Positions 27,101 through 38,659 of a DNA stretch of 64,000 nt are shown one piece after another. The position numbers and the translations under genes are program-made. Origin of the DNA: Utricularia gibba (lineage: Eukaryota; Plantae; Magnoliophyta); contig CM007989.1 in assembly GCA_002189035.1 (NCBI GenBank), positions 3,286,001-3,350,000 on the forward strand, given 5' to 3'. The first letter of the stretch is position 1; every line of letters starts with the position of its first letter. The notes beneath the pieces were generated by a model. It had not been told where the DNA came from and did no database searches. It saw nothing but the letters and a program-made list of their open reading frames with translations.

Positions 27101-27674
27101 TTGGATAAGTTGAAAACTGATGTGGGTATTGCACCCTCTATCTCGTTGAAATACAACACAATTGTCTCAAGCTTCGATGCGTTGCCTATAGATTGAGGCA
27201 GGGAGCCACTGAAGGAGTTGTTATCGAGACGGAACTTTCGGAGCTCACTCAAGGATCCCACCCATGGAGGAAACTCGCCGCTCAGATCATTCACGCTCAA
27301 GTCCAAGAACTTCAGTCTTCGCAATCCAGACCATTCCGGTGGGAGATTACCGCTCAAATGGTTTCCCGACATATCCAAAGAGATGAGAAACGTGAGATTC
27401 CCCATTTCTGGGGGCAAACTCCCCCCTAATCCCATACCAGTAACATTCAAACCAACTACCTTGGATGACGAGAACCACAGGTAACCCCTGTCCAAGTGCA
27501 CACAGAGGAAGCACCAGCAGTGGCAGACCAGTTGACTGAAGCAGAGTCACCATGTAACCGGGACTTCAAGGCCAGAAGAGCCGCCGCATCGGTGCTCAAA
27601 TCCAAGTAGCCCCTGCTTGAACAAGCAAGAAAAATACACACAAGCAACTGCAGGAAAAATGATCTTGGTACCAT
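24198..27674 (-). CDS. LRR receptor-like kinase subfamily XII, copy 1 (non-RD); one apparent 1-bp frameshift at ~27459
   Basis: Signal peptide, LRRNT (LLALKS...CTWTGVTC), many plant-specific LxxLxLxxNxLsGxIP repeats, TM helix, kinase GTGAFGSVYKG...AVKVF...HCDLKPSNILL...DFG (CD in place of RD). Introns 26604-26696 and 24533-24611. The frame breaks at CCA AGG TAG, where the paralogues read R-V-V-G-L-N. Confidence 0.88.
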
Positions 27675-28726
27675 TTCCTCCGGACAACTCTAATGGTGAT
27701 CACTACCAGGTAGTGGGGCTTGGCTTAGTAAGACCGCTCGCTTTATACATATTTCTAGAAAACACAGTAAAAAATCCAGCATGGGTGTGCTGTCTTCTTC
27801 TTCTTCTTCTTCTTCTTTACCAAACGACACACCTTCGTCTTTTCCGCTGTGTTTAGTTCATGTGGGAATCAAACTTAGCGCAATGTGGGTGCAGTGGAAA
27901 ATTCCTCCTTTTTGAGAAAGTGGGAGACTTTGACTTTATACTCGTTCATATCACATCCTGAAAATCTGAATCATCCAAAGAGCATTATGATTTATGAGGT
28001 TAAGTCATTTATTCATTGAAAAAAAATTGAAAAAATAAATTAATCATATATATTTATATACTCATGCACAAATAAACCACTAAATTTGGTTTTACAAGAT
28101 ATTTTATTCAGTTGTCTTCAGTTATATGTTGGCATCACTCATTTGCTGAGCTTCGTAGAAAATTAATCATATGTCAGTAACAATACGAAAAAAATGATCA
28201 TTATATATATAATATTTATCTTAATGTATATGATATAAAGTGACAGTAGCAATTGAGTCAAAGCACGTGGATTAGTGTTTACATTCAACCATTTTTCATT
28301 ATACTGTTTTTGTTTTTTTGTCAATGGGGTATGGCGTATAATTTTTATTTTCATTGTTATTTTTTTGAAGAAAAAAAAATCGAGAATAGATATTTTGCTG
28401 GGTGTGAAAAAGATTTATGCAACTAAATTATTTGACTGCATAATAATAAAAATAAATTAAAATAGAAAACAAAAAACATATAAGAATAAGATTTATTCTG
28501 CATTCATAAATTATTTTTTAAAATAAGAATTTTATATTCTACTTCTGTAAGCAAAGAATTAGATGTGTTTTTCTAGGAATCTTAATTTATCATTTTAATA
28601 ATAAAAAAAAATGAAAATGGCTTAGAAGGCCAAATCCCATAAGCTTTTAGGAGGAGTCTGCTTGTGTGTGTGCCATACTCATGACTATGAAGCAAAATAT
28701 TTTCTTCTCAACGGGGAGCTCTTGTC

Positions 28727-31700
28727 TTACAAAGTTGTTCTGGAGAGCTCGTGTGATATAGTTTTCAGAGAAGTAATGACATCCATCATGGTGATTCTTT
28801 CAGCTGGATTTTCCACAGAACACTTCAATGACAACTTCATCACGGATGACAAGCAGTTTAACTTCATGGATACGTATTCATCATCATGGTTTAATAATCT
28901 TGGATCCACAATGTGTAAAACTCCATCAGGCATGGACTCTTTTACCAAATCTCTCAAGCTTAAATCATTCTCTACAAATTCTGCATCACAAGGTCTTTTT
29001 CCTGTGAAGACTTCCATTAAGACTATGCCAAAGCTGTATACATCGCATCTTGTTGACACCAAGCCACTTAAGCCGTACTCTGTGATAGAAAGGGAAGGAC
29101 TGAGAAGCCTCAGAGAGATTGCATATAGCATAGAAGGGAGAACTGACCTGGTGCCATGTATCCCAAGGTTGCAAATGTGTGAGTTTGTGCAATGCCATCT
29201 GTGTCCCCTAACAGCTTTGCGATCCCAAAGTCAGTCAAGTATGCAGTCATCCCTTCATCTAGCAGTATGTTGCTTGGTTTCAAATCACAATGCACAATTG
29301 GGATAGTGCAGCCTTCGTGGAGATATTGCACCGCCGAAGCAATGTCTATCACTATTGAAAATCTCTGTGAGATGTTAAGGAAATTGCATTCTCCATGAAG
29401 CCAGTGCTCGAGGTTCCCATTTGGCATGTACTCCATAACAAGTGCTTTTATATCTTGATTGGAGCAAGCACTAATGACTTTGCAAAGATTTGTGTGGCGT
29501 AGGCTTCTCAATACGCTACATTCTACATCGAAGCTCCTTAAGGCTCGTTCATATTGTGGATTGAATATCTTTATTGCAACAATTTTGTCATCAGAAAGAA
29601 TCCCCTTATAAACAGAGCCAAATGCTCCACTTCCCAGCAAATGAGCATCATTGAAATTCTTAGTTGCTTGAAGAATAGTGTAGTATGGTATTCGAATGGG
29701 GACTGGAAGGAGTGTAGATGGCGATGGGCGATCTTCTTCTGTGTACGAAATGCGTCTCCTTGTGGATCTTCGAATTAGTACATATCCCAATAACAATGCT
29801 ATGCATAAAACAAGGACTATTGGCAAAATGATGATAAGGGGAAGAACTGACTTCCATTTGTGTGGGGTTCCATATTTCAAAGGCTTGCATGGAGGCACAT
29901 GAAACTGAGATTCACCACACAACCCTTCATTCGATTCAAAAAACCTGTAGGAGAAGCTACGGAAGGGCCCTTCTGTTGGAATTGGGCCACTTAGATTGTT
30001 GAATGAAACATCCAATAACATTAGACTTGAAATTTCCTGTAAAGCTGTTGGAATACTACCGAAAAGATTGTTGTGAGATAAATTTAACTCTTCCAAAGTG
30101 AAGATATTGCCAAGGGACTCTGGAATTGTGCCTTCCAATTTATTGTACGCTAAGGACAAATTCGCCAAACGCTTCATATCTGCAATTGAAGTTGGAATAA
30201 CACCAGAAAACTTATTCAAAGAAAGATCGACAAAGTATGCAGCCTTCAAGTTTCCAATGTTAGGATTAATGGAACCATTCAAGAGATTGCTGGATACGTC
30301 AAACTGCAAAATATTTCTAAGCTGCCAAAAACTCGATGGTATGGCTGATTCCAATTTGTTGTCTGAAATTGATAATTCAGTCAATGATGTGAGATTTCCA
30401 ATGCATGTAGGAATACTTCCACCAATTTGGTTGTGACCTAGATTCATATAGTTGATACTTTGTAAGTTACAGAGACCATGTGGTATAAATCCACTTAAGT
30501 TGTTTGCACCAAGTTTTAATCCTTGAAGATTTTGAAGTTTTCCCAAGGTCGTCGGAATAGATCCCACCAAGTTATTGACATGCAGAAGCAATCGGCGCAA
30601 GCTAGTAAGATTTCCAAACTCCACCGGAAGGGTTCCATGGAGACCACATTCAAAGCATTCAAACCACTCAAGTGAATCAGATGATAAATTACCCACAGTA
30701 TTCGGAAGCATTGCCCCAAAAGGATTTCCAGATAATGCCAAGGTACTTAACTGGTGACAGTTCCCGAGTGACGTGAGAAAATCAAATGGTGACGATTCAC
30801 CACTAAAGTTATTGCGTTGAAGATTTACGTGCCACAAGAATCTCATCTTTCCCAAACCTTTCGGGACAACTCCACCAAAACTATTCGTACCAATGTCCAA
30901 TACCTCAAGTTTGGAGCAATTTGAAATGGACGCAGGAAGTTCTCCAAGCAAATGATTGCTGCCCAAGTATATCCCCAACAAGTTCGGAAGTCCAGAACAA
31001 CAGTCAGCAGGAAACTGTCCAGTGAGATTATTATGAACAAGAGAAAGATGCTCAAGAGTTGAAATATTGAAGATTCCATATGGAAGTTCTCCAACTAAGT
31101 TGTTCAAATTTGCAATAAAATCCTTCAAGTTACCAAGCCTCTCAATCCCATTAGGAAGTGTTCCTGGAGAGAGATAAATGCAAAATAATTTTATAGAATT
31201 GTACTCTAGTTTTCTTTTCATCCAGAAAGCTAAAATAAATCATTTATATCAACCTGTGATTTTATTTTTTGAGAAATCTATTGTTTGTACGTTAGTCAAA
31301 TTGGTGACTTCTGATGGGATGATTCCTGCAATACTATTTGCACTTGTATCAAGAATTTGCAGCGCCTTCCATTCCCCTATAGTTTTGGGGATCTCACCAA
31401 TCAATCTATTGTGATCTAAAAAGAGAGCATAGAGTTGTGAAAAGGGAGAGCTCATGTCTGGAGGAATGGAACCACTTAGCCTATTGTCAGACAAAACCAG
31501 CACCTGTAATTGTGCACACGCCGAAATATTGGATGGTATCTCTCCTCCCAAGGAATTTTCTGGTAATCGCAAATCCACAATTTTTGGAAGTCCAGAACAG
31601 AGATGGGATGGGAGGAGGCCAACGAAATCGTTAACCCCAAACTCACAACTTTCAAGTTGGATAAGTTAAAAACCGATGCCGGTATTGCACCGTCCATCTG

Positions 31701-32252
31701 GTTGACATGACATATCAGTCTCTCAAGCTTCGATGCATTCCCTATAGAATCAGGCAAGGAGCCACTAAAGGAGTTGTTATTGAGGCGCAGCCGCCGGAGC
31801 TCACTCAAGAACCCGATCCATGTAGGAACTTCGCCACTCAGATCATTCCCACCCAAGTGCAAGTATTGTAATCTGCGCAATCCAGACCATTCCTGAGGCA
31901 AATTGCCATAAAAATGGTTTCCCGACATACTCAAAGAGATGAGAAATGTGAGATTCCCCATTTCCGGGGGTAAACTCCCCCTTAACCCCATCTCACTAAG
32001 ATTTAAACCAACAACTCTTCGATGACGAGAATCACAGGTAACCCCCATCCAGGTGCACACAGAGGAAGCACTAGGAATTGTAGTAGCATTACCAAACCAG
32101 TTGAGTGTCGAAGAGTTACCAAGTAGCCGGGCTTTCAAGGCCAGGAGAGCCATTGCGTCCGTCCGGAGATCGGTGTTTGAATAAGCAAGAACAAAGAGGG
32201 ACATCAGAAGGAAGCAAAAACATGCGTTTGATATTGAGAAGCCTGCACCCAT
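28727..32252 (-). CDS. LRR-RLK XII, copy 2 (non-RD); one apparent 1-bp frameshift at 31635-31638
   Basis: Same architecture (ORFs 31476-32252, 31249-31578, 29110-31221, 28727-29131), with HCDLKPSNILL. Introns 31164-31253 and 29080-29147. One extra G in the run restores SLGVNDFVG, matching SLAANNFVG in copy 3. Confidence 0.88.
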
Positions 32253-35200
32253 TTCTTCCGACAGTGGAATGGGGACACGGGAGAGGAGTTTGAGATGGAA
32301 AATAGTGGTGATTAGTTCAGCTTCTTATGTGCCGTCGCCTGGTTGCTTTATAGCAAGTATGCATGTAAGGCTCGAACAGACAAACCAATCCAATCCATAA
32401 AGCCGACCAACTCTTACACTAGCGACTTTGACAAGATCAATCTATTCGACAAATACAGGTAAGTTATTCACTTTGAACAAGGGAAGTGCGATTCGATGGC
32501 CAAATGTTAAGCTGAAGGAGATATTCTACTACTCCATGAGATCAGCACAATTGAGAGATCAGCATCCTCGAGCATGCTCCACGACAACCAGTAACATCGA
32601 AAACCAGGACTGTGTCTTCACACGGATAGACTTGACTACTTGACTGCAAGTCTTCCCTATCCATCTTCTACGCATTAGACCCCTAGGTGAAGGACTAGCA
32701 TACATTGACTCGGCAAGTTGACTTCAGAGAGTGATGTGCTGCGAAGCATACTTGAAAGATTCAACTGAAATCAATGCTTCGGAAACCTTGGCCTCCTTAT
32801 CATCATTGAAAGATTCAATCTTGGCATCCCCATTATGATTATGTAATAGAGCAACATCTACCACATAATTTAGGGGACTTTTTAATGCAAGAAAATACTA
32901 AGAAAATTGAATGGATTTCATGCAATATGATGGAGAATTGCAACAGGCGGCCTCGTTCGTTGCTTGAATCCTCCTGCCAAAAGTTAGTTTGCAGTATACC
33001 CCTACTTTTAAAAGTGTTCGGGAAATACCTCATGTTTTAATTTTTTTATTATTTTTTATCATAATTGTATTTAAATACATATATTTTGTTGTGCTTAAAT
33101 ATTTTTATTTCTTTATAGCGATGGTCTTTGCATATTGCACGACCAAGATTAAATAATAAAATTTTTGCATATTGCACGACCATTCATGTATACATTTTGA
33201 TAAAATTTTAATTAAATTTTAGTATATTTTTATAATGTTAAAGTAATAATATTTCATTATAAATATTTATTAGGTTTTTATTCTAATTAGAATTGGCTTT
33301 ATTCCGTAGTTTTTAAATTATTTTTTAAAATAAGAATTTTATATTCTAATTCTGAAAACTAAGAATTAAATGTGTTTTTCTAGGAATATTAATTTACCAT
33401 TTTGATAATAAGAAATGAGAATGTTATACGTGTTAAATAATCCATTTATCTAATTATCTTACTCGGGCTCAAGGCTTAGGACCCCCAAAATAAAGTAGTA
33501 ATCCCATAAGCATTTAGAAGGAAGAGGCTACTTGTCCTATACTGATGACTATGAAGCAAAATGTTGGGAGCTCTTGTATTAAAAACACGTTCTTGAAAGC
33601 TCATGTGATATAGTCTTCAACGAAGCGATGACATCCTTCATGGTGATTCTTTCACTTGGATTTTCCATTGAGCACTTCAATGACAACTCCATCACGGATG
33701 ATAAGCAGCTTAACTTCATGGATACGTATGCATCATCTGGGTTTAATAATCTTTGATCCACAATGTGTAAAACTCCATCAGGCATGGACTCTTTTACCAA
33801 ATCTCTCAAGCTTAAATCATTCTCCACAAATTCTGCATCGCATGGTCTTTTTCTGGTGAAGACTTCCATTAAGACTATGCCAAAGCTATATACGTCGCAT
33901 CTTGTTGACACCAAGCCACTTGAACCGTACTCTGTGATAGAAAGGGAAGGACTGAGAAGCCTCAGAGAGATTGCATATAGCATAGAAGGGAGAACCAACC
34001 TGGTGCCATGTATCCCAAGGTTGCAAATGTGTGAGTTTGCACAATGCCATCTGTGCCCCCTAACAGCTTTGCGATCCCAAAGTCAGTCAAGTATGCAATC
34101 ATCTCTTCATCTAGTAGTATGTTGCTTGGTTTCAAATCACAATGCACGATCGGGATAGTGTATCCTTCATGGAGATAGTGTAGCGCCGAAGCAATATCTA
34201 TCATTATTGAAAATCTCTGTGAGATGTTAAGGAAATTGGATTCTCCATGGAGCCAATGCTCGAGGTTCCCATTTGGCATGTACTCCATAACAAGTGCTTT
34301 GATATCTTCATTGGAGCAAGCACTGATTACTTTGCATAGATTTGTATGGCGTAGGCTTCTCAATACGCTACATTCTACATCGAAGCTCCTTAATGCTCGT
34401 TTATTTAGTGGATTGAATACCTTTATTGCAACAATTTTCCCATCAGAAAGAATCACCTTATAAACAGAGCCAAATGCTCCACTTCCAAGCAAATGAGCAT
34501 CATTGAAATTCTGAGTTGCTTGAAGAATAGTGTGGTATGGTATTCGAATGGGGACTCGGAGGAGTGTAGATAACGATAGTCGGTCTTCTTCTGTGTGCAA
34601 AACACTTCTCCTTGTGTATCTTCTAACTACCACATATCCCAGTAACAATGTGATGCAGAAAACAAGTACTACTGGCAAAACGATGATAAGGGGAAGAACC
34701 GATTTCCACTTGCGTGGGGTTCCATTCCTCGAAGGCTTGCATGGAGGCACATGAAACTGAGATTCACCACATAACCCTTCATTCGATTCAAAAAACCTGT
34801 AGGAGAAGCTACGAAACGGCCCTTCTGTCGGAATTGGGCCACTAAGATTGTTGAATGAAACATCCAATGATACCAAACTTAAAATTTTCTGTAAAACTGT
34901 TGGGATCTTGCCAGAAAGTCTGTTATGAGATACATTTAATTCTTTCAAAGTGAACATAGTGCCAATTGTCTCTGGAATTGTGCCTTCCAAATTATTGTAC
35001 GCTAAGTAAAAATTTGCCAGACGTTGCATATCTCCAACTGAAGGTGGAATAACACCAGAAAACTTATTCACAGAAAGATCAACCAAGTATGCAACTTTCA
35101 AGTTTCCAATGCTTGTACTAATGGAACCATTCAAGAGATTGTTAGATAAGTCCAACGCCAAAATACTGCTGAGCTGCCAAAAACTCGATGGAATGATTGA

Positions 35201-36132
35201 TATAAAATTGTTGTTTGAAATAGATAATTCAATCAATGTTGTGAGATTTCCAATGCATGTAGGAATACTGCCACCGATTCGATTTGCGGCTAGATACATA
35301 TAATTGATATTCTGCAAACTGCACACACTATATGGTATGAATCCACTGAAGTTGTTTCCATCAAGACTTAATTGTTGAAGATTTTGAAGTTTCCCCAAGG
35401 TAGTTGGAATAGATCCCACCAAGCTATTTTTACTTAGAAGCAATCGCAGCAAGCCTGTAAGATTACCAAGCTCCATCGGAATGGTTCCATGGAGACCGCA
35501 TTCAGAGCACGCAAACCACTCAAGTGAATTAGAAGATAGATTACCCACAGCATTCGGAAGCATTGCCTCAAAAGTATTTCCAGATAATGCCAAGCATTTT
35601 AACTGGTGGCAATTTGCAAGTGCTGTGAGAAAACCAAATGGTGACGACGATTTCCCACCGAAGTCATTGAATTGAAAGTTTACTTGCTGCAGGAATCTCA
35701 TCTCTCCCAAACTATTCGGGACAACTCCACCAAAACGATTATGAGAAATTTCCAATACTTCAAGTTTGGAGCAATTGGAAATGGATGCGGGAAGTTCTCC
35801 AAACAAATGATTGCTAACCAAATATATCCCCAACAAGTTCGAAACTCTAGAACAAAAGCCAGCAGGAAACTGTCCTGTGAGATTATTATGAACAAGAGAA
35901 AGACCCTCAAGAGTTGAAATATTAAAGATTCCATGAGGAAGTTCTCCCACTAAGTTGTTGAAATTTGCAACAAAACCCTTTAATCTAGAAAGCCTATCCA
36001 TACCTTCAGGAATTGTTCCTGGAGAGAGATAAATGCAAAATAATTATATAGAATTGTACTTTATTTTTTTTTCATTCAGAAAGCTAAAAGAAACCATGTA
36101 TACCTACCTGTGATTTTATTTTCTGAAAATTC

Positions 36133-36560
36133 GGGGTGTTGTCATTTGTGACCTAAAATTTTGAAATTTTAGCATTTTTGACCCATAACAAAATGACCGG
36201 TTAGACATATTTGACCTGAACCGGTACTGATTCAGCATATGTGACCCAAAATATTTACAAAATGATATATTTAACCTGTCAAAAATTTATTGCATGACAT
36301 ATTTGACTCATAAATAATTCAGTTTTGATACTTTTGACCCATAAAATATTATAACGGAGCATATTTGACCCAATGAAAAGTTATAAAAGTTTACAACGGA
36401 GTCCGTTTGACCCAATAAGTTTACTGTTGGTCCCATGTTTAGTGTTCAGTTGGCATATTCAACTCAATAATTTGGCATATTTGACCCTTACAGTTTAATA
36501 ATCTGGCATTGTTGACCCTTAAGGTTCGTTAAATTTGCATATTTAACCCAAAAAGTGTGA
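36133..36560 (+). repeat. Left subterminal array of about a dozen (ATAT)TTGACC(C) motifs
   Basis: For example atatttgacc near 36208, 36360 and 36477, cttttgaccc near 36331 and gtttgaccc near 36405; all on the same strand. Confidence 0.75.
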
Positions 36561-36932
36561 CAAATTAACATAATTAACCCAATAAGTTTATCGAATCGGC
36601 ATAAATAACCTATAAAGTTTTTCAAAATTTTAAACAAATTAAATACTTTTTGAAATAAATATTGATCAATAAGTGCCCTATAGACATGGGCACAACAGTC
36701 AATCCGAATATTCATCGTGTCAACCCACTATGATTCTAAACATACGATATTATCAGCATTTTTATACATAGATTTATTTCTAAACATATGATAACATGAC
36801 AAATGCAAGAATTACAAAAATAATATTTTTATAAACATATGATATATGTTTCTTAAAATATAAATAATGTAAATATGTTATTTATTAAATCATATAAAAA
36901 ATATTTTTTATAAACATATGACGTGATATAAG

Positions 36933-37487
36933 TTTATCAGCGCTCGATCCGAGTCGCGCGGAAGGATCGAGCACGGATAAAAAGGCCACACGGGCGTGGC
37001 TTGTGCGTGAACCACGCCTGTGTGGCTTACAGGTTTATCAGCGCTCGATCCTTACGCGCGACTCGGATCGAGCGCTGATAAAAAGACCACACAGGCGTGG
37101 CTTATGCGTAAACCACGCCCGTGTGGCTTACAGGTTTATCAGCGCTCGATCCGAGTCGCGCGGAAGGATCGAGCGCGGATAAAAAGGCCACACGGGCGTG
37201 GCTTGTGCGTAAACCACGCCTGTGTGGCTTACAGGTTTATCAGCGCTCGATCCTTCCGCGCGACTCAGATCGAGCACTGATAAAAAGGACATACGGGCGT
37301 GGCTTATGCGTAAACCACGCCCGTGTGGCTTACAGGTTTATCAGCGCTCGATCCGAGTCGCGCGGAAGGATCGAGCGCGGATAAAAAGGCCACACGGGCG
37401 TGGCTTGTGCGTAAACCAAGCCCGTGTGGCTTACAGGTTTGTCAGCGCTAGATCCTTACGCACGATTCGGATCGAGCGCTTATAAAC
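36933..37487. repeat. Tandem array of 101-bp GC-rich double-hairpin units (5 full + 1 partial)
   Basis: Units start at 36933, 37034, 37135, 37236, 37337 and 37438. Stem A tttatcagcgctcgatcc/ggatcgagcgctgataaa; stem B ccacacgggcgtgg/ccacgcccgtgtgg. Confidence 0.95.
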
Positions 37488-37702
37488 TTTGTGGACTTGA
37501 GACTGAGAAATGCTCGAGACAAGTCTAAGGAAGGACATGATCCTTACACTATCGTATGATGTTTGCATAAGTATAAATAAACATATTATGATTGCTCGTA
37601 TAATGTTTGTTTAAAAATTTTAAACAAAAAATATAATGCATAAATAGTGTCAAAGACAAATAAAGAAGTTTACAATCTCATACCAACAAACAAGTTCAAT
37701 GT

Positions 37703-38577
37703 CTACATTTTTTTGGAAGGTTTACTTACCCGGCCGCTCCTAGATCGACGAGGAATCTCCATCAATTCTGCAAATTTACGAACATCTTCTTCAACGAACC
37801 AATCTCGTACCATCTATAGAAACATAATAGTACTTAGCACCTACTAATAAAATAAACAATATATTGTGATAATTACTTACAAACAAAGGGTGTGTTTCGA
37901 TAGTGTAAAGGTTGGGAGCTTGTTGGAGGAAAAGATATACATAGTATAACACATAAATCCTGTACTCAGTTGCACCCTTTTGTTTAGAGACCTATATGTT
38001 GATCGACGTTAAAATAAGGGAAAAAATAATATTAACAAAGTCATACTAACCTCTGGCCAAAAAATAGGCAACTCAAGCTCCTTCACACAATCATCATCCC
38101 AACCATTCACTTTAAAAATAGTGTCCACTAATCTATAGATCATGCATAGCAAAAATATTATCAGAGATTAAGAATAAAACACAATATAGCACAAGGTATT
38201 AAAACACACTACTTACTTTCGAAGATTATTTGTTATATGATTCGACATGCTATGCATCGAATCCAAGACAAGGATACACCGTTGGTATTTCTCTCCAAGA
38301 TTGCACAATATGACAAGGGTATAATGACCACTACAACATATAGAGACAATTCAAGGTGACATATTCTAATGGCAAATGAGGAATATATATGTATACAAAA
38401 GCTTACTTCATGTTAATTGGCAAGAAAATGTAACGAGTGTTGCATGGATTGTGTCTCACACACCACTTTTCAATCATTTCTAAGTCAAACTTTTTCTCCA
38501 CGGCATGTTGCATTCACAAGTTGTGGATGAATGCAACATTCGTTAGACGACCCAGTGGCTGCAATGCCACGATTTTC
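37703..38577 (-). pseudogene. Peptidase C48 (ULP/SUMO-protease-like) domain of the MULE, 5 exons, disabled
   Basis: Spliced: ...RYIFLPINM|NGHYTLVILCNLGE...CILVLDSM...|KLVDTIF...LPIFWPE|VSKQKGATEYRIYVLYYVYLFLQQAP...HPLF|MVRDWFVEEDVRKF...*. Catalytic His and Asp are present; the Cys position reads Tyr. In-frame TGA at 38514-38516. Confidence 0.82.
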
Positions 38578-38659
38578 CTACAGATAAAAAAAATGATCTA
38601 GAATCGAATTCCAAAAAAATAGAATGTGTACTATATTGGATTCATATCTATTGACTTAC

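Noticed and set aside
37020-37485. Three similar 86-87-aa ORFs (MWLTGLSALDP...)
   Set aside because: By-products of the 101-bp periodicity, starting at non-ATG codons, with no domain similarity.
36933-37487. CRISPR-like array (regular palindromic repeats)
   Set aside because: The context is a plant nucleus, there are no unique spacers (whole 101-bp units repeat), and no cas genes are present. It is a transposon-internal tandem repeat.
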